Shown: positions 38,898 through 48,684 of the stretch, piece by piece
Numbering within the stretch: the stretch's first letter is position 1
Layout of the letters: the number at the start of each line of letters is the position of its first letter
Made by a program: the position numbers and the translations under genes
Notes under the pieces: generated by a model
Seen by the model: the letters and a program-made list of their open reading frames with translations, nothing else
Databases searched by the model: none
Told to the model about the DNA's origin: nothing
NCBI GenBank assembly: GCA_040217195.1
Contig: JAVJNR010000009.1
Coordinates: forward strand, 128,001-192,000
Direction of reading: 5' to 3'
Source of the DNA: Leptospiraceae bacterium
Lineage (GTDB): Bacteria; Spirochaetota; Leptospiria; Leptospirales; Leptonemataceae
Length of the DNA: 64,000 nt

Positions 38898-40046
38898 TTA
38901 ATCTACCCCTTTCCGAATCAGTGGATAAGCATCCATGGCAACAGAAAGAACCGGATTATAGCATTGCAACGACATATGACTCCCGTCTGCAAAGGTATTG
39001 CAATGGAAAGGATCCCCATCTGTAAGATCGATTAACATCTCACCTTTAAGTCTCTGATCCATTCGACGATTCCAGATTCTGGTGTTTTCCTGAATCAATT
39101 CATCCTTGTCGAGAATAGACTGCATGGGCCTGGATACCGGAGGTCGCAGAAATACCAGAGGGGCTTCAGCAGCCCGGGATCGCTCAATGAGCTGGTCCAG
39201 AAAATGCCACTGCCTTTCCGACAATTCATAGTTTCCATAAATCCAGCGCACAGTCATGGCTGAAGTAGCCGCAAGATTCGCATAGTCCCTCTCATAATAA
39301 TCAGGTCTGGGAATCAGAGACATGCCCCCTCCTCGATTCTGGCGTTGAAAGGTATCCATGTTCTCGATGGCGATAAGGAACTTATCTCCGGGATCGGCCA
39401 GACGCTCAAAAGCTTTATCCAGGTGTGGACGAAAACGATACCCTGCGAATAGATTCTTGGCCAGAAACTGACTAACTTCATCCGCAGTAAAACCTCGATC
39501 TCCGGACAATAAATAAAAGTTATTCAAAACATAGGAGAAATCAAAGCTATAAGCCAGGTTGGATTTTACAAAACCGGGAGAGTTTTCGTTGAACTGAAAT
39601 GGATCTGATTCTACGATTACGTAATCGGGCTTCACTCCGGTGGCCAGAACTTCCTGAAGCATATAATCGAAATAGGCAGGCGAACTTACCGGAGCTGAGA
39701 AGTTAAACATTTCCCAGTTCGGATAAGCATGCTTGAAATTTTCGTAATTGAAATAGAGCAAACGAGAACTGCCCAGAACTACCAGGATTCGCTTCCCGGA
39801 ATGGACAGAACAGGGTCCGGTGACATCTTCCAGGCATTTCCCTTCTTCATCCGCCGGCGGAAGCTTGCGAAGCCGATCAAACTCCTTCAACTCATCTAAA
39901 AGCTCGGGCTTATAGTCGTAGTAGATATAGGTTGCGTCGTCCTGGGTATATCTTTTTACCGAATCCAGACACATCAATTTATCCACGGCAAAAAATGAGA
40001 GGAAAAGGGCCACAGGAAAGATAAGAAATCGGCGGCTTTCAGGCAT
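38898..40046 (-). CDS. DUF1574 family SGNH-like protein
   Basis: N-terminal TM; VLGSSR, FNFSAP, FADGSH. Confidence 0.75.
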   Translation of the reverse strand: MPESRRFLIFPVALFLSFFAVDKLMCLDSVKRYTQDDATYIYYDYKPELLDELKEFDRLRKLPPADEEGKCLEDVTGPCSVHSGKRILVVLGSSRLLYFNYENFKHAYPNWEMFNFSAPVSSPAYFDYMLQEVLATGVKPDYVIVESDPFQFNENSPGFVKSNLAYSFDFSYVLNNFYLLSGDRGFTADEVSQFLAKNLFAGYRFRPHLDKAFERLADPGDKFLIAIENMDTFQRQNRGGGMSLIPRPDYYERDYANLAATSAMTVRWIYGNYELSERQWHFLDQLIERSRAAEAPLVFLRPPVSRPMQSILDKDELIQENTRIWNRRMDQRLKGEMLIDLTDGDPFHCNTFADGSHMSLQCYNPVLSVAMDAYPLIRKGVD

Positions 40047-41502
40047 AGTGTGCCTCCTTGCGCATTATGCGCAGTGTAAACAGAATACTCCAGATACAGA
40101 GAATAAACATCAGCCAGGCATGCACGCTGTACATGGCCAGAAGATCACGAAACAGACCGGAGAAGATAAGATTTCCGAATCCGGAAAAAGCGATAAGACC
40201 AATCATCCACTTTTCTTCATTAACTAACGCTTCGGAACCGAATAGACGGAAGGAAAGTGGTAGTAATAGCAGGCTATAGGCATGAAACCAGCTTACACCG
40301 GAGACCAGCAAACTTACAAGAATCAGTGTTTGCACAAAATAGACTCTGGCAAGTCGCTTATCCGGACGCGTGAATTTACGTCTCAGTGCAAATATCAGGG
40401 CCATCGAAGATACAGCGGCTATCAGGCTATATACAATTGTCTTGATTGCAGTGCGAAGCCAGAATGCGCCGGATGCACCAAGGTTCTCCAGGGAATGAAA
40501 TAGCAATGGCAGGCCAGCCACCGCCTGCTTTTCCGGATCGGAGCCGGCCACAAATAGTTTGGAGAAAGCAGCGGATATAGTTTGATTGTTTGCGTACGGT
40601 CGCACCACTCCATATTGGCTGTAGGTATTAATCATTAGATCATACCATTCCAGGTGCCACTGAAGATTCATAGACCAGCCTGCATAGATTGCAGGAATCA
40701 ATAAACAGGCCAGACCGGTAATCACTGCTGCCGCAATGGCGCGAAAGTTTCTGCGGCTCAGCAGATACAATCCCAGGATGGCCGGCATAATCTTGATTAC
40801 CGCAGCCAGCCCCAGCAATGCTCCTCCAATCCAGGCCAGTCTTCGGGATCCGGTATTCTCTGCCTGCCCTCCAGCAAGATCCGGAGATGCAAGGAGCAAA
40901 CCTCCGCCGGTCAGAAAGATAAGCAAGAACCCCACATTTGCATTGGCCGAATTCTCAGATAGAAAGGAGGCCACGGGCAGCATACAGAGCAATGCAATGT
41001 ACCAGAATTTCTCTCGATCCAGGGTTTCATGGTGCCTGCGAAAGAGCACAAAGAAGTACCAGAGCAAAAAGAGCGATGAAATTTGAAATACAATAACCGC
41101 TACTTCGTAGCCCACCAGACTCAAGGGCAGTAACAGAAATGCGAAGAAAGGTAAATAAAGATAAGAACCAGCCCCTTTCAGGGATTCCAGATAGGCTCGT
41201 CCTTCCGGAGTCATGGAAAATTGAAGCAACTCCACTGGATTATTTACATCAATACCAGGGTCAGCTGAGTCTTCCATGCTACGCAATGCTTCCATATTGT
41301 ATAGATCGCCGCGGTCAGCCATCCGAACAGAGGCACTGTAATAATCTTCAAAATCGCTGCGAGCGCTACGAAGCTGCAGTAATCCACCATCTGCCTCATC
41401 CAGCACACGAAGGCCGGCAATAAACAGAGCCAGAAATGCAATCAAAGACAGATAAACTCCGTAACGCTTACAAAATCCGGAAATCTTTTTTAGTAAATTC
41501 AC
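40039..41502 (-). CDS. GT87 / DUF2029 family glycosyltransferase
   Basis: SDFEDYY, YLYLPFFA, AAVIKIMP, NNQTI, SWFHAY; GTG start with GGAGG SD. Confidence 0.82.
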   Translation of the reverse strand: MNLLKKISGFCKRYGVYLSLIAFLALFIAGLRVLDEADGGLLQLRSARSDFEDYYSASVRMADRGDLYNMEALRSMEDSADPGIDVNNPVELLQFSMTPEGRAYLESLKGAGSYLYLPFFAFLLLPLSLVGYEVAVIVFQISSLFLLWYFFVLFRRHHETLDREKFWYIALLCMLPVASFLSENSANANVGFLLIFLTGGGLLLASPDLAGGQAENTGSRRLAWIGGALLGLAAVIKIMPAILGLYLLSRRNFRAIAAAVITGLACLLIPAIYAGWSMNLQWHLEWYDLMINTYSQYGVVRPYANNQTISAAFSKLFVAGSDPEKQAVAGLPLLFHSLENLGASGAFWLRTAIKTIVYSLIAAVSSMALIFALRRKFTRPDKRLARVYFVQTLILVSLLVSGVSWFHAYSLLLLPLSFRLFGSEALVNEEKWMIGLIAFSGFGNLIFSGLFRDLLAMYSVHAWLMFILCIWSILFTLRIMRKEAHYA

Positions 41503-41615
41503 CGTACCTCCGCAAATCACTTTCGTGGACAGGGCAGCGCCGAAATATTGAATCCGGCCATGGGTACAATGCCTGAGATCGGCCCATTCTGGCAAAACCA
41601 ATTTACAGCATTCAA

Positions 41616-42665
<1,050 letters not shown>

Positions 42666-42700
42666 CCGTAGGCTGCTTCCAATCTAAGACTCTGGAACCT

Positions 42701-43606
42701 ATGCAGACGTTGGAAGATATCACCAGGGTAGAAATGATACGGGTCCCTCACTTTGAGCTGGATGCATTCCAGAAAAGTGTCCTGGATAATCTATATCTGG
42801 AGTTTTTTCTGGAGCAATGTAGAGTACTTGTTACACCGGACCTGAACTATATGACTACAGGCCCTACATCTGCAGGGGAACTGGAACGACTGGAAGAGCT
42901 GCTGGCCTCGGAAAATGAAACTCTGGATAAACTGAAATGGTATCTACTGTACGATCTCAGCCTGTATTCAGCTCTTCTGGAAACGAATTCCTATTATATA
43001 TCCTCCAATGGCCATGTACTGATATCCAGATTCGTTCCTGTAGAAGGAGAGGATCAGCGCTTCGAAGTAAAACTGTACACCATTGCAGCCAATGACCTGC
43101 CAGAAAACTACAAAGACAAGCTATACCTGGGTCGAGACTTCTTCTCGTTAAAGACTCTCCGAAGGGAGCACTTTGGATTAAAGCTAATTCGCGGCTCAAT
43201 TATCGGGCAATTCTATAAGATGCGCGAAAGAGTCAACCAGTACACTCTTCAGGAATACCACAGCGAACTGGACTCCGAGTACATGAAAGAAATCGAAGAG
43301 ATTTCAGGAGAGTTTGCAGAAGCCAGCGAAAGCATCCTTTCTTCTTTTCCGGTGGACATCTCCACCGATAGCCTGGAAAAACCAGCGCTCATCGAGGCAA
43401 ACCAGAAGTTTCGTGATCTAAAGCATATTCTAATTGAGATGGAAGAATCTTTACGAGAAATGGAAAGTCGACTCTTTGAGCTGGATCAAACCCGGGCTGT
43501 AAGATACGTCACCAAATTCAGAAAAGATATCACAAACTACACGAACTACTTCATCATCAAAGTAAATGGTCGCATCTCCGACGCTGTAAACGGAATCCAC
43601 ATGTAG
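42701..43606 (+). CDS. hypothetical protein
   Basis: ~300 aa open frame, acidic and helical C-terminus; no family recognised. Confidence 0.8.
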   Translation: MQTLEDITRVEMIRVPHFELDAFQKSVLDNLYLEFFLEQCRVLVTPDLNYMTTGPTSAGELERLEELLASENETLDKLKWYLLYDLSLYSALLETNSYYISSNGHVLISRFVPVEGEDQRFEVKLYTIAANDLPENYKDKLYLGRDFFSLKTLRREHFGLKLIRGSIIGQFYKMRERVNQYTLQEYHSELDSEYMKEIEEISGEFAEASESILSSFPVDISTDSLEKPALIEANQKFRDLKHILIEMEESLREMESRLFELDQTRAVRYVTKFRKDITNYTNYFIIKVNGRISDAVNGIHM

Positions 43607-43745
43607 GTACGCTCGAAAAGCTATCTACTGTAGCTTCTCGAGCGTAAAGCAATAGGCGCAGCTGAGCGCCGACCAGGTCTTAGAAACGATTAATCTACCC
43701 GGCGAGCCAACCCTGGCTCACCTGGTAGGGCCCGGGCTGTAGCTT
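43605..43745 (-). repeat. palindromic intergenic segment, possible degenerate member of the hairpin repeat family
   Basis: Minus strand GAGAAGCTAC-AGTAG-ATAGCTTTTC-GAGCGTACCT has the same geometry and terminal decamer as the array ends. Confidence 0.45.
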
Positions 43746-43748
43746 GCT

Positions 43749-45815
43749 TCAGGCTGATTTCAACAAACCTTCTCGCCGCAGCAATGCATCTGGATCCGGG
43801 TCCCGCCCCCTGAAGTTACGGTATAGCTCGGCCGGGTCCTGGGTATTTCCTTTTTCCAGGATGAATCCACGAAACCTATCTGCACTTTCACGATCAAACA
43901 GACCCTTTTCTTCAAACAACTCGAATGCATCCGCTTCGAGAATCTCAGCCCATTTGTAGGAATAATATCCGGCGGAGTAGCCTCCTGCGAAGATATGACC
44001 GAAGCCAGTGGCAAAGCAGGTCCGGGGTGCATCGTCCACCAGACTGGTTTTCTCTGTGGCCTTCCTTTCGAACTGTTCCACATCTTTGATTTCATCTGCA
44101 GATGCAGTGTGAAATGCCATATCCAGAGTGGCATAGTTCAATTGGGTCATGAATCCCCAACCGGCACGAAATGTTTCAGAGGCCTGCATTTTTTCGACCA
44201 GGTCGGCAGGTATTTTTTCTCCGGATTCGTAGTGCGCGGCAAATAGGTCCAGACCCTCCTTCTTTCGAACCCAGTTTTCCATGAACTGACTTGGTAACTC
44301 CACAAAATCCCAGTATACGTTTGTGCCTGCCAGGCTGCTGTAGGTGCAGCGAGACAGCAAACCATGCAATGCATGGCCGAACTCATGGAAAAGCGTCCTG
44401 ACTTCATCATAGGAAAGCAGGGATGGACGGTCCTTGCCAGGTTTGGTAAAATTGCATACAATCCCTATGTGTGGACGTCGCACCTTGTTGCGAAAGAGCC
44501 CCTGCTCCTGAAAGGAAGTCATCCAGGCTCCGCTTTTCTTGGTTTCCCGCGGGAATAGATCTACGTAGAACAATCCCACATCCTGGCCGGCCCCATCGCT
44601 CACCTGGTAGACCTGCACCTCTGGATGATAGACCTGGATACCTTCCTGGAGTTTAAATTTAAGCCCGTACAGTTTTTCCGCGGTGGAGAATAAACCATCC
44701 ATCACCCGATTCAGAGGGAAGTATGGCCGTAGCTCTTCAGAATCGAATTTATGGATTTTCTGTTTTAGCTTTTCAGACAGAAAACGTATATCATACGGCT
44801 CCACCGATTCATAGCCCAGTTCGCCGGCGAATTCCTCCAGCTCCTTTTGCTCCTTCTTCGCAGCCGGCAGACTTGCCTCAACCAGTCGATCCAGAAAGGA
44901 TATCACATTCTGCGGACTTCTTGCCATCCTCTTTTCTAGTATGTATTCTGCATGGTTGGAGTAACCCAGCAGCCTGGAACGCTTTTCCCGTAGTCGCAGA
45001 ATATCCAGAACCACCGGCCGATTATCGGTATCTTCCGGCTGACCGTAATCAGATGCGAACTCCCCCATACCCCGGCTTCGAAATGCAAGATACATCTGCT
45101 TTCGCAGCTCACGACTTTCTGCATAGGTCATAAATGGCATGAAATCAGGGAACTGAAGTGTATAGATCCAGCCTTCCTTGCCTTCACTGGCAGCGTTGGC
45201 CGCTCCCTGCTCCACTGCCATTTCTGGCAGGCCGGCCAGATCCTTCTTATCTGTGATATGAAGCTTAAAGTGATTGGTGGCCTTTAGCAAATTCTCCGAG
45301 AACCTGGGAGCCAATGCTGCCAGCTCTTGATCGATGGAGCGAAGTTCGTCTCGCCTGGGCTCTGGCAGAGACGCTCCGTTTCGAACAAAGTCCTGGTGAG
45401 TCTCTTCCAGAAGGCGAGACTGCTCCGCATTATCCACGCCTTTTCGCGATTCATACACAGACTTGATTCGCTTAAACAAATCCTGATTCAACGTTACATC
45501 GCTAGAAAACCCCGCAAGAAACTTGGACACCTCGCCGGCAATCTTCTGTATTCCTTCGGTGGCATGGGCGCTAAATAGAACATAATAAATGGAAGCCACA
45601 TGACTGAGCTCTTCAGAGGAAGTTTCCAGGGCCTCGATTGTATTTTGAAAGTCTGGTTCTTCCGCGGATTGAACAATGGAGTTCACGTTTTGCTCCGCTT
45701 CTTTTTTGAAGTGCTCCAGCGCCGGCAGAAAGTGTTCAGCCTGCACCTCTTCAAATGGAATGGTTTCGGAGGGTCCGGTCTTTTTTTCGATCAATGGATT
45801 GTAGTTTTGCGACAT
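43749..45815 (-). CDS. dcp: M3 family metallopeptidase (Dcp/oligopeptidase A-like)
   Basis: TLFHEFGHALH, WDFVELPSQFMENW, HIFAGGYSAGYYSYKWAE. Confidence 0.9.
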   Translation of the reverse strand: MSQNYNPLIEKKTGPSETIPFEEVQAEHFLPALEHFKKEAEQNVNSIVQSAEEPDFQNTIEALETSSEELSHVASIYYVLFSAHATEGIQKIAGEVSKFLAGFSSDVTLNQDLFKRIKSVYESRKGVDNAEQSRLLEETHQDFVRNGASLPEPRRDELRSIDQELAALAPRFSENLLKATNHFKLHITDKKDLAGLPEMAVEQGAANAASEGKEGWIYTLQFPDFMPFMTYAESRELRKQMYLAFRSRGMGEFASDYGQPEDTDNRPVVLDILRLREKRSRLLGYSNHAEYILEKRMARSPQNVISFLDRLVEASLPAAKKEQKELEEFAGELGYESVEPYDIRFLSEKLKQKIHKFDSEELRPYFPLNRVMDGLFSTAEKLYGLKFKLQEGIQVYHPEVQVYQVSDGAGQDVGLFYVDLFPRETKKSGAWMTSFQEQGLFRNKVRRPHIGIVCNFTKPGKDRPSLLSYDEVRTLFHEFGHALHGLLSRCTYSSLAGTNVYWDFVELPSQFMENWVRKKEGLDLFAAHYESGEKIPADLVEKMQASETFRAGWGFMTQLNYATLDMAFHTASADEIKDVEQFERKATEKTSLVDDAPRTCFATGFGHIFAGGYSAGYYSYKWAEILEADAFELFEEKGLFDRESADRFRGFILEKGNTQDPAELYRNFRGRDPDPDALLRREGLLKSA

Positions 45816-46158
45816 TTCCTTCAATAAAGTCTTCAGGCCACCCTCCAGGCAACCATTTCCATTCTGAAGCATGATCCTTTCAAGTAAGACGCTTGCCTGT
45901 ACGCTTTAAAGGCATTATGCTTGAGGCAGGGCAGTGCTGCATTTGCCGGGCCATGGAATTACTGAAGGTCTGATATACGGCTCAGCTCGAGCTAAAAATG
46001 TAGCAGAATCCATGGATTCCTGCGCCAAAAGGGGTGATTTTCACCCTCCGAAAAGCTCCAGATCGATGAATTAGAAGTTAGTGGCAGCCCCCGACCACCG
46101 CCTGGCGAATTAGCTACATTTTTTGGCCCGGGATAGCCGTTCGAGGTTTTTTGCGCGA

Positions 46159-46174
46159 AGGTACGGAACTTGCA
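46159..46174 (+). promoter_or_regulatory. putative sigma54 (-24/-12) promoter
   Basis: AGGTACGGAACTTGCA against consensus TGGCACG-N4-TTGCW, exact GG-N10-GC spacing, 145 nt before ATG 46319. Confidence 0.6.
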
Positions 46175-46318
46175 TTTTTAATCCGGGCTACAGGGGAATA
46201 CGAGGGATTCGACTTTCATTGGCACCGACAATGGCAATCGGGGCTGCAATGAGCGACGTTAGTCAGAATTCTCCCTTGTAATCACAGGCCCCATGATATA
46301 GAAAAGGATCGGAACTCT

Positions 46319-47746
46319 ATGATGTTAAAGAACTATGCAACCGGAGCTTTTTTTGATGAAATGTTCGCCGCGGATGGAGAACCGCGACCCGGATATTTTC
46401 CTTTGAGAGATCAGATTCAATCCATGACAGAGAAAGAACTGCAGCATAGAAAGGATGAAGCAGAGCAGGCCCTGATCTCACTGGGAATTACATTTCGTGT
46501 ATACGGAGATGCCAAAGCAGAAGAAAGAATCATTCCATTTGATATTATTCCACGGGTGATCACGCGAAAGGACTGGGACCCCCTGGAAAAAGGCTTAAAG
46601 CAACGAACCACGGCCCTGAATGAATTTCTCAAAGATATTTATGGTGCCAAAAGGATCCTGGAAGATGGTGTCGTGGATCCGGATTATGTGTATTCAAGCC
46701 CCAGCTACCTCAAACAGCTAGAAGGGTTTCGACCTCCCAGAGATATCTGGATTCATGTAGGTGGTACCGACCTGGTAAGGGATGCAGAAGGCACGTTTCG
46801 AGTCCTGGAGGACAATGTTCGATGCCCATCAGGTGTTTCCTATGTCCTGGAAAACAGAGAAGTAATGAAACGCACCTTCCCGGACCTATTTCGCAGTCAC
46901 AAGATCCGCACTATCTACGATTACCCCATTCGTCTGAGAGGAGCCATGGAGTATTTAAGCGATGCAGCAGCACCCTCCTGCGTAATCCTCACCCCTGGTA
47001 TCTATAATTCCGCTTATTATGAACATTCCTTTCTGGCCCAGAAGATGGGTATACCCCTGGTAAGCGGCACAGATTTAATAGTAAGAGATTACAGAGTGTA
47101 TATGCGAACCACCCAGGGGCTAAAACCTGTGGATGTAATCTATCGTCGCATTGATGATGATTTTCTTGATCCTGAGGCATTTAATCCGGACTCCCTGCTT
47201 GGAGTTCCAGGATTATTTGAGGCCTACCGCCGAGGGAATGTAGCCTTGCTAAACGCTCCAGGGACTGGCGTTGCCGATGACAAAGTGATATACACCTTTG
47301 TGCCTGAAATGATTCGGTACTATCTGAATGAAGAACCAATTATTCCCAATGTGGACACCTATCTGTGCTCCAGACCAGACGATCTAAAATTTGTGTTAGA
47401 AAACTTGAAAGATCTAGTAGTTAAAGAAGCGAATGGAGCCGGTGGCTATGGGATGCTAATTGGGCCCAGCGCCTCAAAAGAAGAAATTGAATCCTTTCGC
47501 AAGAAAGTGCAGTCTGCGCCACGGAATTTTATAGCCCAGCCGGTACTGGGCCTGTCCAGAGTGCCCACCATGGTGGATGAAGGTATTGAAGGCCGCCATG
47601 TGGATTTGAGACCTTTTATTCTCTACGAGGAAGAAATCTACATTATGCCCGGAGGCCTGACTCGAGTGGCCCTGCCCCGAGACTCTCTTGTGGTGAACTC
47701 CTCCCAGGGCGGAGGCACAAAAGACACATGGGTAATGGGGACCTGA
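46319..47746 (+). CDS. circularly permuted type 2 ATP-grasp protein
   Basis: VLEDNVRCPSGVSY, DVIYRRIDDDFLDP, GVADDK, GGLTRVAL, NSSQGGGTKDTWV. Confidence 0.93.
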   Translation: MMLKNYATGAFFDEMFAADGEPRPGYFPLRDQIQSMTEKELQHRKDEAEQALISLGITFRVYGDAKAEERIIPFDIIPRVITRKDWDPLEKGLKQRTTALNEFLKDIYGAKRILEDGVVDPDYVYSSPSYLKQLEGFRPPRDIWIHVGGTDLVRDAEGTFRVLEDNVRCPSGVSYVLENREVMKRTFPDLFRSHKIRTIYDYPIRLRGAMEYLSDAAAPSCVILTPGIYNSAYYEHSFLAQKMGIPLVSGTDLIVRDYRVYMRTTQGLKPVDVIYRRIDDDFLDPEAFNPDSLLGVPGLFEAYRRGNVALLNAPGTGVADDKVIYTFVPEMIRYYLNEEPIIPNVDTYLCSRPDDLKFVLENLKDLVVKEANGAGGYGMLIGPSASKEEIESFRKKVQSAPRNFIAQPVLGLSRVPTMVDEGIEGRHVDLRPFILYEEEIYIMPGGLTRVALPRDSLVVNSSQGGGTKDTWVMGT

Positions 47747-48682
47747 ATGCTTAGTCGAGTGGCCGATTCCGTATACTGGATGAACCGCTATATTGAGCGG
47801 GCCGAAAACTACTGCCGCTTTATGGATGTGAATTTCCAGCTCTCCCTGGATTCACCGGAAAGCGCCAATCAGTGGGGACCCATGGTTACCACCACTGGAG
47901 ACAATGTGATCTTCGAGGAAAGATACGGAGATTACACCCGGGAAAATGTCATTCAATTTATGACATTCGACGGTGAAAATCCCAGCTCCATCTTTTCCTG
48001 TATTCGCAGGGCCAGAGAAAACGGGCGAACCATCCGGGAAAACATAAGCACCGAGTTATGGCAGATTCTAAACGAGCTGTACCTTGAAATAAAGAATCAA
48101 AGCAATATTTCGGATATGGAGCGCCTGGAACGATTCTATACCCGTGTGCGAAGAACCTGTTTGCTTTTCTATGGAACCATGGATGCCACATTGTCCCACG
48201 ATGAAGTGCATCGCTTTGCCCTCACAGGTCGTTACCTGGAACGAGCGGACAAAACCACCCGAATCCTGGACATGAAGTATTTTATTCTACTGCCCAGTGT
48301 TCAGGATGTAGGAACCACTCTGGATCTAATACAGTGGCTTTCTCTTCTAAAGTCAGCCAGTGCCCATGAGATGTTCAACCGAATCTATCAAAAGGTAACT
48401 CCCAAAAACATTGCGGAATTCTTGATTCTGAATCGAGACTTCCCCAGAGCATTGATCTACTGCCTGTCCGAACTGGATCGAAACCTTCGCTCCATTTCGG
48501 GCAACGCCGGCCGGTCCTTTTCCAATGAGGCAGAACGGAAAACCGGCATACTTCTTTCTGACCTGAACTACACAGATATTGATGCAATCTTCGATAGAGG
48601 CATGCACGAATACCTGGACTCCGTTCAAAACCGATTGAATGATATCGGTGGCCACATTGTGGAACGATATTTTGCGGTGTAG
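47747..48682 (+). CDS. alpha-E domain protein
   Basis: MLSRVADSVYWMNRYIERAEN, GRYLERAD, FPRA. Confidence 0.93.
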   Translation: MLSRVADSVYWMNRYIERAENYCRFMDVNFQLSLDSPESANQWGPMVTTTGDNVIFEERYGDYTRENVIQFMTFDGENPSSIFSCIRRARENGRTIRENISTELWQILNELYLEIKNQSNISDMERLERFYTRVRRTCLLFYGTMDATLSHDEVHRFALTGRYLERADKTTRILDMKYFILLPSVQDVGTTLDLIQWLSLLKSASAHEMFNRIYQKVTPKNIAEFLILNRDFPRALIYCLSELDRNLRSISGNAGRSFSNEAERKTGILLSDLNYTDIDAIFDRGMHEYLDSVQNRLNDIGGHIVERYFAV

Positions 48683-48684
48683 CC

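Noticed and set aside
46219..46250. Second sigma54-like site TGGCAC.../TGGCAATCGGGGCTGCA
   Set aside because: GG-to-GC spacing is not 10 nt.
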